Shown: positions 23,601 through 38,000 of the stretch, one piece after another
Layout of the letters: each line of letters starts with the position of its first letter
Numbering within the stretch: position 1 is the stretch's first letter
Source: Trichoplax sp. H2
Taxonomy: Eukaryota
Length of the DNA: 64,000 nucleotides
NCBI GenBank assembly: GCA_003344405.1
Contig: NOWV01000149.1
Coordinates: 62,001 to 126,000 of the forward strand
Reading direction: 5' to 3'
The notes under the pieces: model-generated
Seen by the model: only the letters and a program-made list of their open reading frames with translations
What the model was told of the DNA's origin: nothing
Database searches by the model: none
Program-made: the position numbers and the translations under genes

Positions 23601-26011
23601 CAACTATTAATTATTTTCTTATTAAGCCTAAAAATGACGAAAATTAACATTCCTAATAATGTAGTAGAGCATTAGTATTCAATATTCTTCATTCCACCAT
23701 CAAAGTGAATTATTCTAAATTTTGTCTTGGCACGGCGACTACAATAACTCATTTTGATATGATTTGAAAAAAAGTATTGAAATATCGTTAGGTTTAAATA
23801 TTTAATGCCTTTAATTATAAATCTAATCCTATTTTCATTTTATCTTTTTCATTATGCTTCATATTAAAACAATTCATACCTTGGGTATTTGAAATTATAT
23901 AGAAGAAATCATTTCGTCCAAAATCGGTAGGTCCTCAATATAGCTATTAGAATTAGTATAAAAATGGAAGACTGCGCACCTGAAATCTATTTTTATAATG
24001 ATTGTATCTAATATATTCTTAATAAATTTCTTAGAAATAAAACAGCAACTTGATGGCTTTCAGTTGAATAACAAAACTAGTATTAATCGTAAAGAAGAAA
24101 CTGATCGACGGATGGAAGTACCGGTATCAACAACTGCCAACAAATTCCGTTCGCCTCAATTAATGTTAGCCTTGTAGTGATTACATGTAAAACTGGAACG
24201 ACTTTTATGACCATAATCTAGACTGAAAGCCAGTAATATGTTACCGTGATGACATTATCATTGTATCTTGTTCCGTAGAAACTAGTAACTTAGACAGTTT
24301 GTGCGTAGATCGATTAGTTGTACGAATTTTTGAAGTCTACTTCAGCATTTACTGTTAAAAATAATGGTCAGCTTTACTTTTAAAGCATACAGTATTATTG
24401 TGTATGGTGAATATAGACTTTAATGGATTAATAAAATCGATCAAAAAAGTACCACTATTGCAAGAAATAAACTGATTGCGTTATATTACTCAGCACTATC
24501 AGTTGGCTGAATACTACTTGAAAAGCTTTATATATTTCACATTTCATACGAAATATTAGTAGCGCTAAATAATAAGCTGCCTTATTCATTTTGGTGCTAA
24601 ACCTTGGATTAAGACCAAAATCTTCTTTGCGTAATTTTGCATATTTTAAGGTTTTGATTAATATTAATAGAACAACTACAGTCGTATAATAATATTTCCT
24701 GCAAAGTCTATACGATCATTCTCTTTGCAATTGCTATTTATCGATGAATTTTATTAAAAAGTATTCAAAATTCTATCATTCCACACTGAAGTTTTAAGCA
24801 CACATTTATCGTAACTCCCCTAGCTGTTACGATAGCAAGCTTACTAACAGCTGATAGCAAGTTATAAACCTCGGACCTGACTGTGTCATATATGTAAATT
24901 ATATAATCATTGCATCGCCGGTGTGTAGCTTTGCCTAGTTATGATATCAAATATAAACTATTGCGAGATAATATGCTGCAGATTGAAAAGCATGCTAAGC
25001 TTGAACATTTAAACTATATATGGTCGTAGTATGAGCGTTTCAAAAGTACTCATTGCGATGGACTACTTTAAGCAGGTCTTCTTTTGGTTTTCCATGACAC
25101 CTGTATACTATATGGTATACAGCAGAAGCAGGCTGTGACTAGTCACTCTTTTTGACAGACAGACAATTAGGCTCTAACTTTATCTCGTATACATATTTTG
25201 CCAAACTCTTCATAATGACAGTACTTCAGTATGGATAGTCGATTCTGAATCGAGCGATTTTTCTACATTAACAGTTGGTAATGTTACGTTAAATCTTATT
25301 ATCTGTTACCAAGTTTAGCTTGATTACAGCTATATAAAATCGTAAATGTATTTGAATTAGCACGAGTGATTTAGAAAACAAATATGGAAGAAGATCTGTA
25401 CTATGTTCCGTAACTATTTTCGACTTTTACGGTCTTATCTGGTTAGCAAAGTCCGTTAATCGATAATACTGTATAGCTCAGCAGGATTTACCGTTAATCG
25501 CATTAAACTAAATTATACATAATTGTCGATTAAAGCAGTTCCCGAATAATTATAAATGATATAGTCATGTTTTTATTTCATTTTGAGCCGTTTCAGCGGC
25601 ATCTTTGGATATATCGTGGAAAAATTATTGGGTCTAGTGTATAATTTAGCGAAGTAAAAAACGACTTCACATAGGAGGATTCATGTTGCTTTATTAATTA
25701 TTAAATTATACAGGACTACCGATTAATTCAACTATTTCAAATTCGCATAAATGACAATCAGTGTTTTCTTTTACATATCGAATAGACAGCCGCGACATGC
25801 TGATTATGAACTCTATCTGAGTGTTCAAATTATTAGACAATGCTGTCAATTAATATGCCTAAAATGGAGCGTTTGGTATACATCAATTCTAAGGAGGTTC
25901 TTTTCAAAATTGCGAGGCCTTCCACGGCTCTTGGTGTGGAGCTAGTCAGCTGACCTTGTTTACTGGATTGCATAAGAATGTACTGCACATGCTCGGTAGC
26001 AGGCCAACTGG

Positions 26012-26024
26012 ATTGCTTGGAAAC
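26012..26024 (+). promoter_or_regulatory. Candidate RFX X-box upstream of FBXO36
   Basis: ATTGCTTGGAAAC resembles GTTGCYNGGYAAC and lies ~50 bp before the ATG. Confidence 0.4.
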
Positions 26025-26074
26025 GTGAGAGAGACCAACCTGAACTCGTAGTCAAATTGGAGAACTTGGATATC

Positions 26075-26671
26075 ATGGCCAATGTAACAACCGCAAATCG
26101 GAAGCCTCTTATGGATAAAACAGGACAAGCTCCTGCTCCAAGTAAAGATTATCATCAGTTATTGGTCACACATGAAGAAATTATCTGGCGATGGTGGAAA
26201 ATTTCTATGCGAAATAATGCCATTGTTTTTCCAGGGGAAACTAAGATTCCATCGGAAGATTTCGATTACGATGATCGATTGCAGACTGAAATTTTGCGTA
26301 TTTTTGGTAAGGAAACATTGGAAGAAGTAAGACGATTATCCATGTGTAAAGGCGATTACTTAGCTAGTCTACCACTTACAGTATTGATGCAAATTATTGC
26401 TAGCTTGCCGCTGGAAGATATACTGATGTTATCCCAAGTCAATCATTACTTACGATATGTTAGTTCGCTGGACTCGCTGTGGAAGGAAGTCTACATTAAT
26501 TTATGTGGTGCACCAAATGAAGAAATACGCTCCTATGCTAATGAAAATGGCTGGAAGAAGACCCTATTTACAGATAAATTGAAATTAAGAGTTCAATTAG
26601 CACGAAGGAGGAAAGACATGGAATCACCCAAAGCGAATACGTTCATAACGTCTTCTGATTATATAAAGTAG
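26075..26671 (+). CDS. FBXO36: F-box only protein 36 ortholog, single coding exon, 198 aa from the first ATG
   Basis: GQAPAPSKDYHQLLVT..IWRWWKISMR, F-box LASLPLTVLMQIIASLPLEDILMLSQV, and GWKKTLFTDKLKLRVQLARR match the FBXO36 pattern along its length. The ORF-track start at 26057 is a TTG. Confidence 0.9.
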   Translation: MANVTTANRKPLMDKTGQAPAPSKDYHQLLVTHEEIIWRWWKISMRNNAIVFPGETKIPSEDFDYDDRLQTEILRIFGKETLEEVRRLSMCKGDYLASLPLTVLMQIIASLPLEDILMLSQVNHYLRYVSSLDSLWKEVYINLCGAPNEEIRSYANENGWKKTLFTDKLKLRVQLARRRKDMESPKANTFITSSDYIK

Positions 26672-28538
26672 TAAACTGTCAAACAACGTCATTAGCACGA
26701 TTAGATACGATACCACCAGTGCGAATGCAATTTAATCCTTGTACTTAAAGTATCTTACAGCGATAGCTTGAATTGTGAGTATGACATAATTCAATAACTA
26801 AAACATCAAAAATAATCAGATACTCCGTTATCGCTAATTTACTTTGCCAAAAAATTATGAAAGTCAAACCGAAAAAAATTTGAACTACCAATTTGCTAAT
26901 GCTTAACGCCAACGATAGTCAGTTAATTGGTACCATTACTATATGACTAGTAGTTAAATGAATTGTACTTAATTTACATTCTTGTAGATATTGACTAATA
27001 TATTCTGCGGCTAAAGCAACTGTTAACCTGTTAGCGGATAGCTTAGATCATTATTTCTGTATCGCACTGTTCATAATACTTTATATCTTCATAACTATAT
27101 TTAAGCATTGTAGTTAATTATTTTCAATTGAAAATGAAGACCAAATAACAAATATTGTTCTTAAATGATATGAATATACAATTAATTCACGATGCATAAT
27201 TTTATAATGATTTCGAATGCCTATTTATTACAGTGGATATTTTAACCTATAAAATTTTCATTTGTTGCGTATTAAATATGATGGAATAAACGTTCAGCTT
27301 TATAATGCATTGGGGTAGTAATTCCCTTCCATCTTTTGGTTTACCAAGCTTGAACTGTACGCTACGATATACGCTTAAGACTTCTAAACGGTACTGAAAT
27401 TTACGAACTCAGTATAAAGCTCGCTTTTTTAGGCAAGCCCGGTTTCTAGATACCTTACCGGACAGTTAGATTTCTAAACGTCAATGGGATTACCATTAAT
27501 TTATTGGCTAAATCTTTGCATTAGGTCATTATAGTCATTATATAGCTTCTCACTAAAGGTACCACGAATGATAGATTGGAAGTAAAATTTACGTCCATAT
27601 GGTCCTATATGGATAATTCACCATGTTTAAATGCAGTATTGTATAGCTTTTACTGTCCTCTTAAGATTTTCACTATAACAAGTGTTTTAAAATAAAGTAG
27701 CGTCCCAAATTTATCCTATTAATATACAGTAGAGTAGTATCATCAATCTAATAATAATATTGGTCTTCACTCATTGCAGTATCATGCTGTTGTAGCCATA
27801 CCGTATTTAAGCATTGAGTACAAGAATTTGTCTCTTCATCATTTTCATTTATTACTAATTATATTTATTATATATTAGAGCCTCTAAATGAAAGACAAAT
27901 CCAGTGTTGTCAACAAGATTATGATGTACATATTCTATTATTCGGTGAATGGTAAAATTTGTAAGATGATTAAATCTTGTAATTTACTATTGCTTTTTAA
28001 TATAGTAATAATTAACTCATGTTAATTATCTTGCAATAAGATCTACACGAGACACATACATCATAATATGAACAATCTAAGCCTTTTAATCCGTAATAAC
28101 GTATTATATTGTTGGAATAAAATGCCTTCAAAATATTAAAGAACCAATGTTTCTTGTAAAATTGAAATATATAACACATAGTCCGGTTTATCCAACAACA
28201 CTAAGAAGTATCATCCTTTAGTCATCTATCCACAATATATATACACGTACATTACACCAAGATACATTCAACTTCAAATTTTCTTTGTAAAGTCTGACTA
28301 TGTTTCGTCTTAAAGTAATTTTTGGATTTGATATTTTGCGAAGTGACTTTACAAAAGTGCTTCATCAATTTTATTCACAGTCAAAATCAAGGTAATAAAT
28401 TATTCGAGCATTGAAGCTATTTATGATTTAAATCCGGTAAAGTTGAGACACTAGTAAACCTTTATTCACAATTTAAATGAGAAATTCTAGTAAAGTTTTT
28501 ATATCTAATTGTGGTAATTAAGATATTAAAATTATTCT

Positions 28539-28760
28539 TTAATGTTTGTTTTTACAGGTTCTGTTAACATGGCAACTATTTTCATATTTCAAGTTGGCCT
28601 TAAAACATTTGCAGTGTTTACCTGTGCAAGATGTAAAGCAACAGCAATGGCGAAATCCTTGTTTACTTACAAGTGGTTGTAATCTAGCAGCCTTTCGAAG
28701 ATTGATTGTAACTTTATCGTAAACTTCAAATAAATTAAACCAGTGGAAACTTCTTTTCAT
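28539..28760 (-). mobile_element. Remnant of the Cys-rich C-terminus of a Ginger/KRBA2-SCAND3-like integrase-transposase
   Basis: INLRKAARLQ..SKQGFRHCCC..SCTGKHCKCFKANLKYENSCH.NRTCKNK* follows the pattern ISLR.AA...GQGF..C.C...C....C.C.K....CNS.CH....C.NK. No DDE core was seen nearby. Confidence 0.6.
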
Positions 28761-29484
28761 CTTTAAGGTATTATCTAAGTATTTAGATGAATAAATATAA
28801 GCTACTATGGCACTGTACGAGGGTTCTTAAAAATTCTTAAAATTTTTAACCATATCTAATTTATTACTTGCATTAAAATTTTTCTTGAATTTTTTAGTCT
28901 AAATGGTTTTGGTTGAAAATTTTAATAAAGAGGAACACACTATTTTAAAATTTTTTTTAGTAGCAAGTTACGTTATGATTATTCATTTTTTTAATTCCTT
29001 AACTGAATCAAACTTTACTTGAATTAAAGTAAAATAGCTAATTGCTATTTAGATCTATGTCAAGTATAATTTACAAGAGAACAAAGGTAACAGATTGCTT
29101 TTTATAAATAGTAACCTAAATTGAGCGCTCTAAAAACGTAGAGAATTTTTATAAATGATGCCAATATTTGATTTCGTATATCCAATTGAATGGGAAGTTC
29201 CGAATTTTGTATCAGTACTAGTTTAATAGAGCTTACCAACACCCTCAGAAATCAATCCCACCTATTACTAGTATTAAGGTGATAATTATATCGATATACG
29301 AGAAAGCAAACTGGGAAGTCCATTGATGTTTTGATCAAGTTTTAATCATTTACTTGTGATAATTTTATCCCGATATGTAACATTTGAATATGTTCTAATA
29401 TTATATTTTATATGGACGAAATATAGAAATCGCCATAAGCTAATTGATAAAATTCGCTTTGTAACATCTTTGCATCAATATAGA

Positions 29485-31673
29485 TCATACTGTAGTTAAA
29501 GCCATTGCAGGTTCTTTATTTGGAGGATAAGATTGTAATGGCGATATAAGTGGATATAGTCTATCTTCTAAACCAGCCTTTGGAGTCAATTTATTATCTT
29601 GATTTTTAGCAACTAATTGCTGGCCATTACCATTGCTACTAGTACGCGGACCACCGTTGCTACGTTTTGAATATCTAGATGCCCTCGATGTCTTAGTATA
29701 AGTTGCTTGCAAACTTAAACGCAACGATGCACGACGCCGTCTCCTACTAATTCCTAGTAAATTCCATAAACCTCGCCTCATTTCGGAGTTCATAAAATTA
29801 TAAGCGATCGGATTAATGGCGCAATGAGTGAAACTAATTAGAATAGCTATGGAACTAAAAAATCTTAAACCTTCCCTACTAGGATGGTAGGGATCGTCAT
29901 CAAAATAGTTTATAATGAGGACAACGAAAAATGGAGTCCAAGTAAGATAAAATGTACCAATAATGAATACGAAAATAAGAAGTAATTTAAAATCTTTTGA
30001 TGTAATCGGTCTTTTAATATCAGCAGCTCGACTTAATTGACGGTGAAGGCTATTTTGTTGTTTAATTTTTTGTATATGGCCACAAGCCGTTTTAAATACT
30101 ATAGAATAAAGAACTGATAGCAGCAATGCTGGTAGAAAGATATTGACAATAACTAAGACCAGAAAATAGATTTTCTCTCGTGTATGGGTAATAACATGAC
30201 CGCACACATTGATATCCACTTGAGTATAATCATGCCATATTACCATGGGTAATAGTGATAGGATAATCGGTTGCATCCAGATATAAACACTGGCAAGTAT
30301 AAATAATAAAGTAAAGTTAAGCCTGTGCTGAAGAAATGGATAACAAATTGCAATATAGCGATCAATACTAATTGCACAGAAGTTTAAAATGGAAACCATG
30401 ACTAAACCAATACCACATGCATTATAAATGGCGCACCAAAATGGCGCAAATGGCCAATAGCCAAGCAATGCTTGTATCACCATGCCTAAAATCACTATTA
30501 AGGCAAACAAAAGATCGGCAATACTTTGACTGATCATGAAATAATTGGTTGTTGTGCGTAAAAAACGGTTACATAATATAGTAGCAATCACTATTACATT
30601 GCAAACCACGCTGATAATTACTACAGCTAAGCTGAATCCAATAACTATCCATTCACTTGGATTTAAAGGTAGAGCTTCATCAGTGTCATTAGGCTTGGCT
30701 GTATAACCATCATGTCCCGATGATGTTACATTTTTTATTTGATAAGTCAAATTCCATAAGCTAAATGAAATAGATTAGAAAAAGAATCTGTTAGTTTTCC
30801 CTTATTAATACGAATTAGTCAATGAAATTTTCTTTTATTTTTGATGTGATTTGCATATTTTTTAACGATCTTAACTAAGCAACAATTTATGTAAAAGTAT
30901 AATGATACTAAAGTTATTACACGAGTAAATTACGATCTATTAATTTAGATATCTTTTAATCAAAATTTATTAGGGGAAGGATAGAGCCTACACTTTAATG
31001 GCGATATGCATTTTAGTAAAGTAATTACCCTCTATGAGACATTACATTAAAGTTAAGATTTCTAGAAATAAGTATTTGATGTTGAAAGACATCAAATTCT
31101 ATTAGTTTAATATTATCAAATTTAAACAAAATTTTTAAAGAAATTTTGGTAATAATTGCCATAGCAGTTACATATGAAACTTAAAGCCTGATAAATTAAA
31201 ATTTGATTCCTTCTGTCTACTTTTAGTAATATTCTGTATAATTAAGCACATCTACACTACATAGCTTGAGCAAACATAAACATAAGTTAATCGATATTTT
31301 GGTAATAAAATCAACTAGCTTAATTTTGAGTTAGAATTGTTGATTTAGGTCGATTACATCGCTACAGTTACCGATATTTTTAAATTGGTACCTTTGTTTG
31401 CGATTTCAGTGAATAGGAAAACCTTATACCTACTATTAACTTTAGATTTTATAAATCAAATTACTAGTTTAGATCAAAAACAGAAACAATTGTAGTCATA
31501 AGGTTTCTGTGTCAGGTTAAATGGATTAGTTTGGTGCTTCATAAGGGTGTACTGTAACGTTTGGGATAGTAAACACTAGTTAAGCATCATTGAAGATTTG
31601 AATAAAGTCTTGGAACAAAAGCTATATAATAGATAGTGCAGTAAATATATTACCTCAGAACATTCAAATGCAT
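29485..31673 (-). CDS. Rhodopsin-class (class A) GPCR, biogenic-amine-receptor-like; main exon 29485-30760 plus probable start exon 31654-31673
   Basis: Seven hydrophobic segments, TTNYFMISQSIADL, GYWPF..WC, ISIDRY, TWTPFF and NPIAY. The ORF has no in-frame ATG before TM2. The acceptor at 30761 joins in phase with ATGCATTTGAATGTTCTGAG|gtaata (31673-31654), giving MHLNVLSLWNLTYQ. The 5' end is less certain than the 7TM exon. Confidence 0.88.
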
Positions 31674-31836
31674 ATTTCTTTTCTAAAATGCTAACTAAAA
31701 CAACTTATAGCAGATATATACAAGGTATAAATATAGAAAAAAACTATAACGTTTAAAATGTAATAATTTTAAGATAAATCAAACTTTTTCGAACTATCAA
31801 TATAAAATATTTAGATTAGACTAAAAAAAGAGGCAA

Positions 31837-32010
31837 TTTTAATTTTAAAAGTGATCATATTTACGTCTAATCATAAGTATATGATAAGACTTCAACTTGT
31901 AAGCAACATAAAATTACAGCTGATTTTAATTTTGTAAGTGATCATAATTATATCTAAATATAAGTAGATGATGGGAGTTCAACTTATAAGCAACATAAAA
32001 AAAATAGCTA
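31837..32010. repeat. Diverged tandem duplication, ~87 bp period
   Basis: TTTTAATTTT..AAGTGATCATA.TTA..TCTAA..ATAAGTA.ATGAT..GA.TTCAACTT.TAAGCAACATAAAA occurs twice in a row. Confidence 0.8.
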
Positions 32011-35000
32011 CCCTGATGATAATGAATTATTGCGATTTTTCTACTCGTAGCAACCGATACTGACAATAAAAACGTTGATATTAGTGGAATCTAAACTTAC
32101 TGTCTATTTTCAATCTATGGTTAATCTAATGTAATTGATACTAATAAAATGGAATGAAGCATAATATTTTTCCTAAAGCTGTCATCGGATTTCCTATACG
32201 TAATTTCAAGCTATTGAAGTATCTCCCTGTAATTGATAATTTTAAAACTACTATTTATCGGCAGAATTACACATAACACATATATGAATATGTAATAATC
32301 AACTAGAATAATAGCAATGAAACTAACTGGCATTCGATTGGTTTACTTTTCTGATATCATATTTATTATAGATGCATTACTGTAATATCTTTAGCTAATT
32401 ACAGTAGTTTTACTTTTCAAACGTATATTAGGTACGAAAGTAGCTCATTATGCAAATAAGAACAGTCGGCCAGCTGTATTTCGTGCCAATTCTAATGCTT
32501 AAATGATCTTCAGTAAATTTTTCATTTTCATGTTACTATTCAGTGGTATATCGATGAAATATAATGATCGTTAGATTGAAAGTCTTATTATACAACTAAT
32601 TTTAGTGGCAATGTTTAGGAATAATTCAAATGCAAATTATCAAGATGACGATTGCCCTATACATTCAACAATGATGTACAGAAAGAAACCGTCATTAAAG
32701 TAGACTATTTAAGTTTATCTCTATGAATAAACTAGGTAAGATCTAAATAGAATGAGTAGGATTAAGTTAATTTTATACCATTTCGTGATATGAAAGCATC
32801 ATATAAAGCTATCAAAATCTCTTTGGTTATAGTAAATTTTATCCATACTATATACAGGTTCGACCGAATGATACCAAATAAATCACAATTCAAATATCTT
32901 GAGGCTGCCCATTAACTAAAATATTGTCATTTAATAAATACTTGAGAAAATACATTGTTGTTTTCTATGATAATTAAAAGCAAGTCATATCATTTATGGA
33001 AGTATATTATCAAATTGTTCATCACTTTTCAAAGTAATGTTTCATTTTTCATGACATTATCGTTGTATGAAATTTAGACAATTAAATACTGCAGATACAC
33101 CTCAAAGTACCTCTAAAGTCATGCGTTATCAAACAGAAAATAGCTAATTTAAAGTTATTAACCGGACAGATTCGTTTTAAAATAATATTGTAATGGTGGT
33201 TTAATTCCTTTAAAAAGCAATAAGATTGACGAAAGTAAGGTGAAAGTAAGATCCCTTCAATCATAACGATACTAACATTTATAGAGATAGATCTTATTTT
33301 AAATTGTAAATGCAATTTGCCTGTTTTCATTTTAAATGGAAATCGACAGAAATAACAAATTTAGCAATATTTATCTAAAATTTCAGATCCAAGAAGCAGT
33401 TGAAGCTGAACATAACGAAATTAAATCTTACCAATAACAATTGTCCAACAAAAGGCTCAAAAATATTAAAAATTAGCAATTCTGATAGCAATACGAGTAT
33501 AACCAAGAACAGCCATCACTACTTTAACATTTTATATGTACTTCGGTCGAATTATACGATATTCCAGAATAGTAACGCCGTAAACTTATCTGACTATAGC
33601 GAGTCAGTATTAAATTTGGTAGTGCGGTTACCTTATGGAAGAATAAAATAATGTAAGTGCTTTAATAGAACCTGTGAGAAATGCGATAAACTCTTTGGTT
33701 AAATTTAAAGACTTTATATTGAATGAAGTTGTGAACACGCTAATACTTTACTTTTCTTTTATCAAAATTGACAGACTAAAAATTAGTAAATTTGAGTTAG
33801 AAATGGCTATGAATATATCATATTTTAGTAGCTGCAAGGGGCAGCGGTAGTACTACGAAAAGTTATCTTGTTCTTGAATGACTAGACCAAATGCACAACC
33901 ATGCAGATTTAACGTGCTATGTGTTTTGATTTCAACTATTTTATAAGATATATTTTAATAGCTCATAAATCTAGTCCTTTTATAGCTAATGTTGTCAAAA
34001 GATGAAATAGCAATGGTATACCCAAATATCAAGCAAATCTACCATTTTGATTAATAAAGTTGAATACATAGATATATGCCTTGTAAGTCTTCAGATTATT
34101 ATTAAAATAAAAACAAATATTTGAGATGCAACTTACTCCATCTTAATCATTGGAATACCACTAGGGTGGATTAGGATTTTGTTGAAGCTGAAGATCAGCT
34201 AAATTATGGCGTTATAGAAGAATTGCAATGGAATAGAATATAAAGTACAATCCAGTCAATACTATTCTTGCAATTGGTTCAGCTCTTCTGTAGCCGTTAC
34301 CAGAAATGGATTTATTTTTCAAGTTTCAATGTGTATTCTACTATTTGAATGTCAGCAACATTTAGTAATATCGAAACAATTAGCCCTCGTATATAATTAA
34401 GAATTTACAAATATGTTAGTATTTATTTTTCGTGTCACTTTTAGCGTCTAATAAGCTGGGAAAATAGAAGATAATAGCCTATTTAATATGGTTGCAGACT
34501 GAGTATACAAATAATATATTAAGTTCTTTCATATTCTCTACGTTGACCCAAGTTTAGATTCGGCCCAATTAGCAAGGGGGGATTTCTTATTGTTATTACT
34601 ATCAAGCAATTTTGAACTTTATATCAATCTTGTTATTATTCGTTGCCTAGAGGAATAAGAAGATCTCTCTTGCAGCCATGGAGAGTTCGATTTATGGTTC
34701 TAACAATAGCTAGAGACAATAACTTAGCTATGCAATTCATTATTTCCTAAGGAAATTCCGTGCGTGATCAGTTTTATCATGTTTACAACGGAAAGAATGA
34801 ATGATTGGACAAGTAAACTCAGAGTTAATAATAATTATAATACATTTTTTTAAATGATAGTATCATTTAGAAAACAGTCTTAATTGATTAACCTTAACCA
34901 TAGTTAATAGTCAATTTATTAAATGGAATAGGCAATTAAAATTATATACAAAATTACGTTAAAAAGTAAAATATTCGTTCAATTTGATATCTTTTTATTT

Positions 35001-38000
35001 ACTTACTACACGAATTAAAACCGATATTTAGCATCGAAACAAATTCTGAATCAATTTATCTGTCGAATCAAGTGCTAATTTTTGGTATGTATCGACTTTT
35101 GATGCATTTTATCGCCATATTACCTATCGAACCAATCTGATAGAGTTCTTTTCAAGTAAAATCGGATCAATCATAACCTTAATGAATAGAAAATAATTAA
35201 TGAAGTCGTCATAACTCAAGTAAGGAATTTTAAATAATCACTTTTCTTTGAATCGAAAACTTGAATTAGGTACACCTGTCGTCTAAACAATAATCTTTTA
35301 TTGTCTCAGTACAATGAAGGAATAGGTGTGAGCAAATAAATATTCATTTTCATTCAGTTATTGAGAAAATTTGACAAAAATCATTGCAAGTAAATTACGA
35401 ATTATGAGAATGATTTACTTGATCTGCCATTTCGGTACCTATATTTTAAACTTTCTAATTATGCAATTTTTAGAATGTCAAAGATGACATTTATGCTGAG
35501 GTCGATTACCTCTAGCCTTAGTTACTAAAATTAAGTTTATATAAAAATCAAAATTAATGATCAACTCATATATCACTTTCATATATTTTCATATTCCAAA
35601 ATTTGAATGATTTTTCCTCGCATGTGGTTTACAGATTCACAATGCAATAACTTAATATCTTGCAAAATGGATATTAGGTAGAGAAAATCATTATTTTAAG
35701 TCTTCCTTTTCTTTTCTATTACAAGAGATTAGCAATAGTGTAATAACCAACGTAAAACAAGGGTAAATAAATTTATTGTCTTTTCTAAAGATAGCATAAA
35801 AGTATTCAGTATTGTGACTATATTGTATTTAAATAAAAAATGAGAATGATCTACTATAAATCTCGAGGAAATTAATTATTCTGATTATTCCTTGAATAAA
35901 ATGATGTCGTTATTTGGACGAAGAATCTGAGAATTATATCGGTCCTTTCCAAATTGGAATTATTTCTGACTAATGAGAAGAATCTTAATTATACGGACTT
36001 CAAAAAATTTGAACATATTGACGTAACTTAGACCGGAAATTGGCAAACGACTAACACTTACATAAATTGAAGTTGAATTTATATTTGACCAGTGTTACAA
36101 GGGTATGACTTATTTATTCTCGTGCAGTACAGGTTTCGACATAGCAAGCGGACATCATTAAGAAAAAATAATTAATAATCATATTTTTTATATGCTAGAT
36201 ACCAAATCTGAGACTAATGAATTTTACTAAGGTAGTAAAATTTTCATAACTTGCTTTGTGTACCATTGCTTCTAGTACAATGTTTTCAAATTATGTTTTG
36301 TCCTATACCTACCTTAAAAACTTTTTAATTAGTGTAATAAGTTAAAAATCGATTGGATATGTAGCAAAATTACGCCATCCATATTTACAGTATCGTAAAT
36401 TCAACAATCATTCAATTTCCAATTCGCACTATTGATAAAACTTACCCCGACAGATTCTATGAATACGAATGTCTATATATGTTATCTTATAGAATTTATT
36501 TTGCTGCAAGAAAAAGCAAGCAAACTTACGGGTAATAGATTATGCATTATATAAGCTTCATTTTATTAGCATTTATAATTATGACTTGCACATGCTAGTG
36601 ATTAAAGAGATATTACTACTTCTTGGAACAGATACATTTGTGGGTAACTTCTAACTGCCAATTGGAATCAACTTTATCTACGAATATTGAAAGATATTGC
36701 TGTTGAGACCGAAGTAACTAGTAATGCATTACTTTAAAAAATAGAACAAGTGAAACATGAACCTTTATATTCTATCATATTATTAAACAAGCTGCCACAT
36801 TTGCCGAAAAAGAAATTCTATTTGAATGAAATTGTCGCAAAGCCGATGCTATAAATGAAGTGGCTGATGAATTATAATAACGAAATACTGTATCGTTAGC
36901 ATATACCAAATCCTCCAATTTTTTTACAGTATTGGAATCAAACATCGATTCTCCAAATTAATTGAAAAATTCTCTTTACGTTAAACTAATGCATATGAAA
37001 TAGCCTTATTGCTTATGTTTTTTTTAATTTTGGTTCGCAATACTGTTTGAGCCAAGCAGTAAATCTTGTTTAGTGAGTAAATACTGAAATTTTTAGAAAG
37101 CTGTAGCGTAATTAAGCTAAGGCAGATTTGGTAGTTATTATAAATGTGTAAGCACAAATCAATATAAGTTATCGCATTTGTAGTAATGATAAATTAAGTC
37201 ACACATAAATACAGAATGGACATAGATGTAAAAGTAGGATTAGCGTAAAATTAACCATTATCAAAATAATTACTAAAAAAAAATAATTCACAAAACAAAG
37301 AAACCCTTTGAAATAGTTACTCGGCATGCTTGTCCATGAATTACGAGCTTGATAGTCTATTTTAATTATATTTAATAGATAATCTGAAGGTTATACTGAG
37401 AGACTGTGAAGAATGACAATGATTTGAGATCCTGATGAGTCAGGTAAACATTCCCAGTCTAGATATGGTTGCTAATTAGTATAGCAAGATAAGTGTTCTC
37501 AAATTCTGGTCGTACTGCAATAATGTAGCTCAAATTGCTTATTTAGATTGCACGGTACAAATAGACTAGTTCTAGCTTATTTACATACTCGTGTTAGCTA
37601 GGAAACAACTGCGTTCGAATAAAATTTTTATCAAAATTTATGAAGACTTCGTAATTCTTTTCTAATAAGCGATCGATTTTTGTGCTTAATAAGGTGAACA
37701 GCGTACTGTGTATAATTATATCTAGATAATGCACAATATTAAATTGTGCATTATTTCTGTTATACAGTTTGCTCTTGGAAAACCCCCGAAGAAGCAAACA
37801 GATTTTAAGTGTTAAAATGTTTAAAACTGCCGTTTAATTCGTCATTGCATGCTATTGTTCAATCAAGCTGTAAATTCTTTACTGCTCTATAAGTAATGAT
37901 AATAATTTCGAGATGATAAGCATATTAGAATAAATTACTGTATAGTTAACAGTCGATTCATAAGTTTCAAGTTATAACTTTCGACTTGTTTCATTCTTAC

